DNA of 64,000 nt, from the NCBI GenBank assembly GCA_944325415.1, contig CALUZW010000001.1, positions 71,527 through 135,526 on the forward strand, given 5' to 3'. The stretch is from an uncultured Bacteroidales bacterium. Its GTDB lineage: Bacteria > Bacteroidota > Bacteroidia > Bacteroidales > UBA11471. A model generated the notes under the pieces. It worked only from the letters and a program-made list of their open reading frames with translations, made no database searches and had not been told where the DNA came from. Both the position numbers and the translations under genes were made by a program. Within the stretch, counting starts at the first letter, position 1, and each line of letters begins with the position of its first letter. Positions 26,601 through 34,686 of this stretch are shown piece after piece.

Positions 26601-26990
26601 TATGCCATGTGTTATGTTGTACTTTGCAACGACAAGGTTGTGGGCTTTACTACGGAACCTGCGTATACGCCGACGCAATGGGTTGAGACCGACGTCTATC
26701 GGGTACAGGCTGTCAATGAATATGGTAGTCTCGGAGAACTTTCAGATCCGCTTTCGGCATCGTCGGGCGTCGCTCTGTCGCACACCGATGAAGACTTTGA
26801 AATTTTAAGGGCAGATGGCGGTATTGTGGTGAGAGGGTTGATGCCCGGTTCTCGCATGGAGGTGATTACTACCGGAGGAGTGATTCTTGTCTCGAAAGTA
26901 GTTAGCTCGACCGATTGTGCGATTCAACTTCCAACTCCTGGCGTTTATTATGTACGGGTAGATGGAGTTGTGCGTAGTTGTGTATATTGA
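23640..26990 (+). CDS. multidomain pectin methylesterase (CE8) with N-terminal unassigned module, InlB-B-type repeat, Ig-like segment and T9SS-type C-terminal domain
   Basis: 1116 aa. CE8 motifs DGSGDYLSVAEAVKAAP, QALALF, SYQDTYL, GGVDFIYGGGDVYF, LGRPWHN. Repeat ENFGYDFINWTDGDGQVV. Tail ...PTPGVYYVRVDGVVRSCVY. Confidence 0.9.
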   Translation: MKKCAFWWQVLVLAVMTMPLAASAASGEWYIHWPLDEGVAIHTATRSDKSLFAYDMNATGSNVPYFAMRETNGIKFTQFQPVTQSSSPTENDKITFTFKPQVGVTFTPTQVSLNGCRYGTSGGNLDIYLVCGDQRINLVKGANPNRNDETSHYSFDVTTVNGTSEEVTLEIYLYNLASNKQVGLANIKLAGTFEGIPESVPVYSLVAKPNLDGAGTIKQIPLGDSFNANTQVTLEAVENFGYDFINWTDGDGQVVAETPLFVHTLTSDAEFTANFEPVNTYVLNLTVENANDYYIQLSNPGVMVDGKRMYEEGTEVSLTAWANEVYTFLNWENASTETTRTIKMTSDIDVVATFGNQPFICGWDFWNAGGADRMGDIYNESTNAGMLTKRNLAGDTKGALDRSALSNNPTYEGRYAWVNWATIAEKYYFEVSLSSTTYYNIRVLSKMLCSFNGYSVQLLQYSTDGENFTTADTIRITESKKWIESEIKLPEAAENQEKLWIRWYPDYESPLIGTPGDQDGTSICDIFILADQIAPDDFEAPLLLSTIPADKAADAMAKGSIILNFNEIVKAGNGTVTLDGEPLTDVTISGSSVLYRYANLNYNTTYTVDIPAGAIVDRSGNSFAGASFTFTTMDRRQPEARLFDAVVAQDGSGDYLSVAEAVKAAPADRIAPWLIFIKEGYYKDHIEIPENKPYIYLIGQDKEKVTITDDKLSGGENALHVSQGATVVVQAPNFYAENISFENEYGVKQNAGPQALALFTNNDRACLYNCKLRSYQDTYLTSTASDSHRHYLRECLIEGGVDFIYGGGDVYFDECTLNIVRTSGGYIVAPSHGSSTKWGYVFDHNTITAPTNPPSATDVWLGRPWHNACKTVFLYTRSEITIPAAGWYETMGTIPAIFADYKTTDADGNLLDLSNRRDTYYYVDDNGERVYGTAKNSLTDEEAATYTYANVLNGSDYWNPRELMETVAKPEGLTFTEDNALSWTAVDYAMCYVVLCNDKVVGFTTEPAYTPTQWVETDVYRVQAVNEYGSLGELSDPLSASSGVALSHTDEDFEILRADGGIVVRGLMPGSRMEVITTGGVILVSKVVSSTDCAIQLPTPGVYYVRVDGVVRSCVY

Positions 26991-27014
26991 GATTGATTCC
27001 TTTTTATACTCTAT

Positions 27015-27047
27015 GAGCGAGGCTGCCTTTATTGGGCAGCCTCGCTC
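27015..27047. terminator. bidirectional hairpin between convergent genes
   Basis: 13-bp perfect stem gagcgaggctgcc (27015-27027) / ggcagcctcgctc (27035-27047) with loop tttattg. Confidence 0.7.
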
Positions 27048-27064
27048 TTTATATGGTTCGAAGG

Positions 27065-29185
27065 TTAATAGGCAAGAATATTCCACAGTTCGCGTATGCG
27101 CTTTTCGGGGTCCCATTTCCCGCCAAAGGTCCAGGCGGCGGTTATGCCGTAGAAGGCCGGTGCGTGTTCGGCCTCGTTCAGATTGTTGTTCAGCCAGCCG
27201 CTGTTTCCGCCTTCGCGGTAGCAGCCATAGTAGTAGGTGCGCTGTCCCCAGGGGCAAGGGTCGAGAACCTTGTCGGTGTAGGCATACCCGATGTTGTTGT
27301 CGAGAATCTTGTCCGACATCCGGCAGTGTATCAGGAAAAATTGTGCGTCGTGGTGGTAACGGCCGAGTATGGTGGGCGACTGTGCGTCGAATGAGGAGTT
27401 GGTAATGACCAGTTTCTTGCTCTTGTCGCCGCGGCCGTCGTGCCAGATAATGGCTCTCCCGTCGCCGTAGAAGTGGCAGCGTGTGGCATAGCACCAGCCG
27501 CGTGGACAGAGAAAGTCGACTCCGGGGCATCGCAGGTACAGGTCGGCGTGGTAGTACATGCCGTTGCCGCCTCGTGCCCAAAGGGCGAGGGCGTCGTTGC
27601 CGTCGGCCCAGATGTTGCAGTTGATGACGATGGTGCGGGTGGCTCTTCCGAAGAGAGCCATCTGATGGGTGGTGGTCTTTTCGACGGTCGTTCCGTAGTT
27701 GTTGTATATGGTCAGTCCGCTGATGATGCAATCGTCGGCACCGTCCTGCAACACGACGACGCCGTTGCCTACGGGTTTGCCGCGATACTCTTTGATGGTG
27801 CGGCTCTTGGCGGTCTCGGCGTAGACGATAATGGTGCTGTCTCGCTGCTCGCCCACCAATACAACGTTGGGACGGTCGATGATGACCTTTTGGTTATAGG
27901 TGCCTTTACGAATCAGTACCTTGAAAACGACTGACGGGTCGGCCGGCGCTTTTTCCAGGGCAGCCTGTATGCTTTCGCCCGGATTGACGATGACGTCGAA
28001 TTGGCTCCGGTCGATGGTCGGCCGGCGGTACATGTCGATAAGTCCGTTCTCGTTGGCTCCTGGGGTATGGAGGCTGATGGCGACTTTGTTCTTGGGGTCA
28101 TGACGGTCGGCCCACTGGTCGTAACGCTCGAAAAGTTCGGCCGGCCGGTTGTTGAACCAGCTGTACCCGTTGCGGCGTTCGTAGCCTATCTCTTCCAGCC
28201 GGCGGCGAGGTATGCCGTCGCGGTCGCAGACGTAAGGTTCGGTATATTTCAAGTCGTAGTACCTGGCCCATATAGGCGCTGCTTTCGGGTCGCTGACGAG
28301 GCGGGTCGTGCGCAGGGCTCTGTTTCTTCCCGCGCGCTCACACCGCACGCCGGTGAGTTTGTAGGTGTCGAACCATTTCATGGCTTCGTGTATGGAGGCC
28401 TTCACCCGGGCATCGGGGTGGGAGAGCGACATGAGCAGAGCCACGATGTGGGCGCTCTCCTGCGGGCAGTACGAGGGTAACTCGTAGGCGCGGGCCGCAG
28501 CTGGTTTCAAGGTGATGTGGTCGTATTGCTGGCACCAGATGGTGGGTTGCCCGTCGACGACAATCTGTGTGGCAAGAATACATTCGATACCCTTGTCAAA
28601 AGCCTTTTTGATGCGTTTTTTCATGGCCCGGTCGATGAGCCCCTTGTCGTAGGGTTCTTGTTCGTTCATGATGCTGCGCAGCAACGTGAGTGTATTGACC
28701 ATGGCATCGTCGTTGAATGTGATGTGGTACTGGTATCCCCGTTTCTCGGGCCAGAACTGGGGCCACCCTCCATTCTCGTACTGGCCGCTGAGCAGGTATT
28801 CGACGCCGGCACGAAAGGCATCGCGATAACGTGTCTCTTTTGTGGCCCGGTAGAGACGGGCCAGAAAGGTCATTTGCGAAGTGGTGGCGTTGTTGTCGAT
28901 GGTTGAGTCGTTGCGACGGTTCTTTTCCTTGATGACAGCATCCAGCTCTTCCTGGCTCATATCCCGTGTCATGTCGATATTCTTGGGCCACCCGCCGGTG
29001 CAGCGCTGGTAGGCGATTATCTGGTCGCCGATGCGGCGGGCCTCCTCGGTTTTGAAAAATTCGGGATTACGCTCTCGCAGAGAGACTCTCCTTGCTGGTG
29101 CTTGTGCAATGGCCGAGGTGGATATCAGCCATACACACAGCAGATATACCGCCAGACCCATTTTTTGAATCGATGACGTTTTCAT
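27065..29185 (-). CDS. fusion of a PL10 (PelA/Pel-15E type) pectate lyase with a divergent CE8-like pectinesterase domain
   Basis: Signal peptide, then PL10 signatures IIAYQRCTGGWPKNID, STIDNNATTSQMTFLARLY, YENGGWPQFWP, HITFNDDAM. The C-terminal half has a CE8-like beta helix with HQMALF, GNDALALW, GVDFLCPRG, ILGRYHHD. No T9SS-type tail. Confidence 0.82.
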   Translation of the reverse strand: MKTSSIQKMGLAVYLLCVWLISTSAIAQAPARRVSLRERNPEFFKTEEARRIGDQIIAYQRCTGGWPKNIDMTRDMSQEELDAVIKEKNRRNDSTIDNNATTSQMTFLARLYRATKETRYRDAFRAGVEYLLSGQYENGGWPQFWPEKRGYQYHITFNDDAMVNTLTLLRSIMNEQEPYDKGLIDRAMKKRIKKAFDKGIECILATQIVVDGQPTIWCQQYDHITLKPAAARAYELPSYCPQESAHIVALLMSLSHPDARVKASIHEAMKWFDTYKLTGVRCERAGRNRALRTTRLVSDPKAAPIWARYYDLKYTEPYVCDRDGIPRRRLEEIGYERRNGYSWFNNRPAELFERYDQWADRHDPKNKVAISLHTPGANENGLIDMYRRPTIDRSQFDVIVNPGESIQAALEKAPADPSVVFKVLIRKGTYNQKVIIDRPNVVLVGEQRDSTIIVYAETAKSRTIKEYRGKPVGNGVVVLQDGADDCIISGLTIYNNYGTTVEKTTTHQMALFGRATRTIVINCNIWADGNDALALWARGGNGMYYHADLYLRCPGVDFLCPRGWCYATRCHFYGDGRAIIWHDGRGDKSKKLVITNSSFDAQSPTILGRYHHDAQFFLIHCRMSDKILDNNIGYAYTDKVLDPCPWGQRTYYYGCYREGGNSGWLNNNLNEAEHAPAFYGITAAWTFGGKWDPEKRIRELWNILAY

Positions 29186-29286
29186 GGTAATGAGGTTTTA
29201 GATATCGATTAGATATCTGCCGGTCGGGAAAGTTTAATCGGTCTGCCCCCTTTTTTTGAAAAGAGGACGGAAAAAACAGGTGTGGA

Positions 29287-30126
29287 TTATTTTACACGCA
29301 GAATGTCGGCGGGACGATTGGTGAGCAGCGCGGCCAAGTCGGAAAACGAGCTGTAATACGACCCGTAGAAATGTTGGGTACGGGCCAGGGTGTAGAGTTC
29401 GACAACGGCCTCTTTCATGCCGGCCGTTGAGTGGCGGTCGGCCCTGACGGGTGAGGTAAAGATGCGTGCCCCGTAGCGAGACCGCAGTTCCGCTTTTACC
29501 TCTTCGCTGTCGGTGGCCAGGTAGAAGAGCGTGTCGGGGTGCTGCGACAGTTCGTCGTCGATTTTCTGTGTAAAGAGCGCGAGCGGACTCTCTGCGATAG
29601 AGACCCGGTTGTCGGTGCGGCGAATGTGCAGCCCCACCGTGCGGGCGGTGAAGGCCGTGCAGCGTTGGGCTATCAGTGCAGCGATTTCGTCGGTGGGGAC
29701 AAAGAGTGTCCTGAACCACTCCTTGTCGGTCTTATAAAATGAGAGCCCGCTCTCGATGAGGCAGTTGTGCCCGGATACCCGACGTTGCAACGCTTCTCCG
29801 TCGTCTTTCAGCCGGCACAACTCTACATCGTAGAGTCGCGGTGCAAAATGTCGCTTCTGGTAAAAGGCGGAGAGGAAAAAATTCCTTTTCAGGGGGACAT
29901 TGTATTTGACCCGTGCATCGGCTTTGCGGCATTCGGTAAGAGCGATGTTGTGCCCAAGCGGGCGAAACAAGGTATTGAAAGAGCAGTTCAGGTCGTGGTT
30001 GCGGAGCCACACCACGTGGAGCGGCATACCCGTGTCGAGAGCCAGGGTATAGCCCGATACGATGGCCCGCATTCGGTTGGCCAGACCACCGAGCGGGACG
30101 AGGGTGATGGCGGGTGTGGTTGTCAT
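29287..30126 (-). CDS. glycosyltransferase of the fucosyltransferase-like (O-FucT-like, HxRRxD motif) superfamily
   Basis: Preferred start ATG 30126 (MTTTPAITLVPLGGLANRMRAIVSG), which overlaps the tamB stop as ATGA. Motif GLHIRRTDN resembles motif I of alpha-1,2/alpha-1,6 fucosyltransferases. The family call is tentative. Confidence 0.55.
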   Translation of the reverse strand: MTTTPAITLVPLGGLANRMRAIVSGYTLALDTGMPLHVVWLRNHDLNCSFNTLFRPLGHNIALTECRKADARVKYNVPLKRNFFLSAFYQKRHFAPRLYDVELCRLKDDGEALQRRVSGHNCLIESGLSFYKTDKEWFRTLFVPTDEIAALIAQRCTAFTARTVGLHIRRTDNRVSIAESPLALFTQKIDDELSQHPDTLFYLATDSEEVKAELRSRYGARIFTSPVRADRHSTAGMKEAVVELYTLARTQHFYGSYYSSFSDLAALLTNRPADILRVK

Positions 30127-33100
30127 GGCGTTTGCTGTTCGGTCTTGTTCTTGCGGCGGCGCAACCACGAGAACCATTCGCTCCATTTGTTGAACTCCTT
30201 GCGGTACATGATACCCACCCCTTGTGTGGTGAGGGCCGATTTTATGTAGTAGTTCTTGTCGTTGTAGTGGTTGTAGGCTTTCAGTCGTATGTTTCCGCTC
30301 TTGTTCAACAGATATTCCAGGTCGAAGTCGCCGATGAAGGTGTTGTTGTTGACGGCATTGTCGCGGTAGCCTATGTTGCCGTTGATGATGAGACGGTTGT
30401 TGAGCAGCTGGCTCGACAGGGCTACTTCTACTTCCACATCGGAAAAGTCGCCCTTGTCGCTGCGCAGGTTGGTACCGATGTTGACATTTTCGTTGATTTG
30501 GCCCAGCAGGTTGTTGAGCTGGCTCGAAAGAGCCGAGGAGGCTACCGATACCAGTTCGTTGTTACGGGTCTGGCCCACGTTCATGTAGTCGGGGGTATAG
30601 AATTTGCTCAGGGCCAGCAGATAGATAATCTGCCGGTTGACCATGTCGTCGGTGCTGATGATACTGCGTATGCGGCGGTCGATGTCTTGCGTTACCGTGG
30701 GAAATTCAAGGTCGAAACGGAAGTCGGGCTGTTGCAGGTTGCCTGTGAGGTAGAGCATGGCGCGTACGGGAATGGTGGTACGGTTCAGGTCGGGCTCGGT
30801 GGCGAAACTCTCGTCGAGGTCTTCGAGATTGGCCGAGAGGGCATAGTAGGCCTCGATGTTGAGATTGGCATTTTGCGGGGCACCCGAGAAGGATATGCTA
30901 CTGCCGGTTTTTATGATAAAGTCTTTGGTGATGAGGTCTTGCAGGCTGAAATTGTAGTTACCCTTGTCTACGGTGTAGGTTCCGTAGAGTTTCATGTCGG
31001 AGAACGTATTGTATTCGAGCCGTATGTTGCCGCTGCCCGTGGCGTGTATCATGTCGCCGGTGGCGGGGTCCATGAGCAGGTTCATCGACATCTGGGGGTT
31101 GACATCGATTTGCAGGTTGAGCGAGAGCAGGTGCGACGATGTCTCCGGCAGGACAGCCGACAGGGGCGGCCGCTCTTCCTTTGATACATTTTTGTGGAGG
31201 GTGCGCGAGCGGTCGACAAAGGTGATGAACTGATACTCTTCGGCCTCGGCGTTATCCGAGAGGACAAAGGTGAATTTCGACCGGTCGCTGGTCATCATGT
31301 TGATGTCAATACCGGTGTATTGGGTATTTCCTTCGATACTGACCGAGCCACTGCCGTACACCTTTCCGTAGTATACGTTATTCTGCTTCTCGGTTGTGTT
31401 GTAGACCAGCATATCGGATATATCCGAGGCACTCAGCGAGTATTCGATGTTTTTGAAGTGTCGGTGCCGCATGATACCGTTTACTTTGCCCAGGTGGTTG
31501 TCTTCGCCGGCCAGGGTCATGTTGTCGATGATGATGGCATCGGGGGTGAGGCGTATCGAGTCGGAGATATAGAATCGTGTGTTGAGATAGTCGATGCCGA
31601 ACCCGAAGCGGTCGACCAAGGCCGAGCCTTCGACGTTGAGCGCCTTGAATCGGCCGTAGAAATTGATTTTACCGGTGGCATGACCGTCGACGTTTTTGAG
31701 TATCTTCTCGGTGAAGGGGTTGAGAAATGCCAGAGAGATGTGCTGGGCGTCGAAGTGCAGGTTCAGGGAGTCTCTGGTGGGGAAGATGTATCCGTCGACC
31801 CGTGTGTCGGGGTAGCCCGGTTGCGAGACGGTACCGTTGAGGAATATGCCCTTGTTGTCGTTGTCCCATCGGCTGAACAGGCTCAGGTCGCCGAAGGTGG
31901 CGTGGTTGTAGGAAAAATCTTTTACGGAAAACTCCTGGGTGCTGAGACGGGGCGTTCCGTTCAGCAGGTCGGCGATGACGATGTCGCCCGTTGCCTGTCC
32001 GCCGAAGACGACGTTTTTCAGGTTGAGCGCATCGAATATGTAGTCGAGGCTGATGTCGTTGAGCGAGAGGTTGAGTTTGTCGGCAGGATTTTTCGATACC
32101 TCTCCATCGATGTGCAGGTATTGTCCTTTGTGGTGTATTTCGATGCCTTTGACGCGACTTTTACCGTCGGCGATGGTGATGGTGGCCGGATTGATGTGCC
32201 ATATCGAGTCTCCGATGATGATGCGGGTGGGCAGCACGTCTATGTGGCAGTCGATTGTGCTGTCGCGACCGTACAGACGGGCCGACGTACTTATTTCGCC
32301 GCAGAAGGTGGTGTCGCTGTTGTTGCTCCAATTGATACGCGATAAGATGAGGTTGTCCTTGGCTTTTGTGTCGAACGAGAGGCCGGTGTATTGGCCTTTT
32401 TTGTTGTAGGTCTGTGTGCGTAGGGAGAGATTGACGGTCGAATCGCTGTTCTCAATGCTTATCTCGTTGTTGAATAAATGCTTGGTGTTGAACATCAGGT
32501 CGGGGGCATAGACGTGCAGCCCGATACGGCGGTTGTCTCCGTCGAAGAACCCCGATATCTGAACCTGCTCTTGCAGGGTTATGGGAAGGTCCAGTGTCGA
32601 CGAAAGTTCGACGCTGTTTTCGACCACGAATCCATAGCGGAAGTTGTTGCCCTCCGGCTTCGGGTGAGAAGTTCCCGCCTTGACAGCCAGGTCTGGCAGG
32701 TACATGGAGAGCAATTCCGTGAATTGCTCTTTGAGCTGTTTGAACGAATAGTTCCCTTCTATGCCTCCGTTGATGACGTCGGAGTTGACATGCAGGCGTT
32801 TGATGCTGTCGTTGTTTTCGGCCGAAATGGCGAATTGCCCGGTAGAGAACACCCGGCCCTCGTTTTCAAAACTCAGGGTGTCAATGATTATTTCGCCTTC
32901 GATGTTGTCGATGTGGTTGCCATAGAAGTTGCTGGTAATGTTGAAACTGGTTGTCGATTCGGCATATTGTGGCGCGAGATTCAGAGCCCCCAGTCTGATG
33001 TCCTGCCCTTCGGCGAATACCCGTACCATGGGGTGGGTGTCGAACAAATCAATCATGCCGATGAGGTGCAGTTTGCCATTAGGGTCGTTGATGGAGAGAA

Positions 33101-34592
33101 TACCATCGTAATTGGTATTGTTGTAGTTGCCACTGAGAATAATGTTGCGGTAGGTGTAATCCTTGAAATCGACATGGTCGATGTTTCCTTCGACCCGGCC
33201 CCACAGGTCTCCACCGCGGGTCTGCTGGTTCAGGTTGAGTTTGATGTCGAGAGCCACGTCGCCCAAAAGCGACTCGGCGGCGAAAAATTTTCCTATTTCA
33301 AAACCGGGGGTTCTCAGTTCGCCGTTGAGGGTGAATATGTCTTCGGTCCGTCCGGGCAATATGTTCATGTTTACATTGCCTTGTATTTCACCCAGTTCGC
33401 AATAGAGAAGGCCGTCGGCATTTAATCCCTCGGGAGTCTTGTCGACCTGCCCGTTGAACTGCCAGGCTCCCAGGCGGGTAAATTGTCGGGATAGCTCGGG
33501 CCGTTCGGGAATGATTTCTTGCAGCAGGCGCGGAAGAATATCATTGCTGACATTCAATTCACTCACCGTGCCCGAGAATGACATGCCGGCCGGCCGTGAG
33601 AGCCCGATGGCCGAGGCCTTGGCCGTGAGATGAATATCGTTTCCGCAATCGATGAACAGAGAGCCCGATAGACTGTCGGGGGTGCCTTTCAGGTGTGTCT
33701 CGAAGTCTATTGTCTGTTGCACGTTTCTGATCCGGGGCACAAACGCACCGAGGTCGGCGGGCGTGATGTGCGACTCGGTCAGGTGTATGTCGATGGCACT
33801 CTTTTGGTAAAAGTCGGCCGGGGAGTCATAGGCCAGAAGGTCGGTCGAGGTCTTTTCCATCGAAATGTCGGTGTGCGGCAGGGTGATTTTGAAATTGCTG
33901 AGCACGACTTTCTCCCGATTTCCGATGAGTTTGGCTCCCAGTTTGAGCAGTGAGAATCCCGACTGTTCATCAAAACTTATTTTTCTGATGTTTACGTTGA
34001 TGGAGTCACGGTCCAGCGATTTGAGCGAGACGGTGGCCAGAAAATTGCGCACCGCTATGTGGTGCGGATCGAATACCCCCGGTTGTCGCCGTGGTGCCGC
34101 GTCGACGTTGTAAAGCACCTCTCCGCGGCGGGCAAGAATGGTGTTGATTTGGGAGTGTATATCGATGGAAGAGCTGCCCTCTTTTTTGAAACGGTCGATG
34201 ATAAATTGCAGGTTGAGGGGCGATGAGGCACTCTCTCGCCGGAGGTCGATTTTGAAGTCGTAGAGTTGTACGTTGGTAAATACCAGTCTTTTCTGCAACA
34301 ACTCCTGCAAGGCCACCCCGGCTATGAGTTTCTGGGCATAGAGCAGGCTGTCGCCCTGCTGGTCGTAGAGGCACACGTCGGTGAGTTGTATGCGGTTGAA
34401 CGGATAGACATGGCTCCCGCCGATGGTGAGGCGCGCACCAAGCAGCCGTGCTAACTCGGCTTCACCCTTGCGGGTAATTTCCCGTTGCACTGCGGGTATG
34501 TTCAGCAACAGGTAAGATACTGTTACCGAAATAAGGAATATTGTCAATACACTGACAATTAATATCTTGATGATTCTGAACAGGTATTTCAT
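30123..34592 (-). CDS. tamB: translocation and assembly module protein TamB
   Basis: 1489 aa from ATG 34592 (MKYLFRIIKILIVSVLTIFLISVTVSYLLL, an N-terminal anchor). Long beta-rich body and DUF490-like C-terminus. Divergent from tsaD. The ORF-track extension to 35036 overlaps tsaD antisense and is rejected. Confidence 0.85.
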   Translation of the reverse strand: MKYLFRIIKILIVSVLTIFLISVTVSYLLLNIPAVQREITRKGEAELARLLGARLTIGGSHVYPFNRIQLTDVCLYDQQGDSLLYAQKLIAGVALQELLQKRLVFTNVQLYDFKIDLRRESASSPLNLQFIIDRFKKEGSSSIDIHSQINTILARRGEVLYNVDAAPRRQPGVFDPHHIAVRNFLATVSLKSLDRDSINVNIRKISFDEQSGFSLLKLGAKLIGNREKVVLSNFKITLPHTDISMEKTSTDLLAYDSPADFYQKSAIDIHLTESHITPADLGAFVPRIRNVQQTIDFETHLKGTPDSLSGSLFIDCGNDIHLTAKASAIGLSRPAGMSFSGTVSELNVSNDILPRLLQEIIPERPELSRQFTRLGAWQFNGQVDKTPEGLNADGLLYCELGEIQGNVNMNILPGRTEDIFTLNGELRTPGFEIGKFFAAESLLGDVALDIKLNLNQQTRGGDLWGRVEGNIDHVDFKDYTYRNIILSGNYNNTNYDGILSINDPNGKLHLIGMIDLFDTHPMVRVFAEGQDIRLGALNLAPQYAESTTSFNITSNFYGNHIDNIEGEIIIDTLSFENEGRVFSTGQFAISAENNDSIKRLHVNSDVINGGIEGNYSFKQLKEQFTELLSMYLPDLAVKAGTSHPKPEGNNFRYGFVVENSVELSSTLDLPITLQEQVQISGFFDGDNRRIGLHVYAPDLMFNTKHLFNNEISIENSDSTVNLSLRTQTYNKKGQYTGLSFDTKAKDNLILSRINWSNNSDTTFCGEISTSARLYGRDSTIDCHIDVLPTRIIIGDSIWHINPATITIADGKSRVKGIEIHHKGQYLHIDGEVSKNPADKLNLSLNDISLDYIFDALNLKNVVFGGQATGDIVIADLLNGTPRLSTQEFSVKDFSYNHATFGDLSLFSRWDNDNKGIFLNGTVSQPGYPDTRVDGYIFPTRDSLNLHFDAQHISLAFLNPFTEKILKNVDGHATGKINFYGRFKALNVEGSALVDRFGFGIDYLNTRFYISDSIRLTPDAIIIDNMTLAGEDNHLGKVNGIMRHRHFKNIEYSLSASDISDMLVYNTTEKQNNVYYGKVYGSGSVSIEGNTQYTGIDINMMTSDRSKFTFVLSDNAEAEEYQFITFVDRSRTLHKNVSKEERPPLSAVLPETSSHLLSLNLQIDVNPQMSMNLLMDPATGDMIHATGSGNIRLEYNTFSDMKLYGTYTVDKGNYNFSLQDLITKDFIIKTGSSISFSGAPQNANLNIEAYYALSANLEDLDESFATEPDLNRTTIPVRAMLYLTGNLQQPDFRFDLEFPTVTQDIDRRIRSIISTDDMVNRQIIYLLALSKFYTPDYMNVGQTRNNELVSVASSALSSQLNNLLGQINENVNIGTNLRSDKGDFSDVEVEVALSSQLLNNRLIINGNIGYRDNAVNNNTFIGDFDLEYLLNKSGNIRLKAYNHYNDKNYYIKSALTTQGVGIMYRKEFNKWSEWFSWLRRRKNKTEQQTP

Positions 34593-34686
34593 ACGCCAAT
34601 CAAGGACAAATTTATGATTTTTCGCAGAATAAATAAGTATATAATTCTTTTTTATTGTGTAATTTCGCCACACAAAAAATGAGCGT

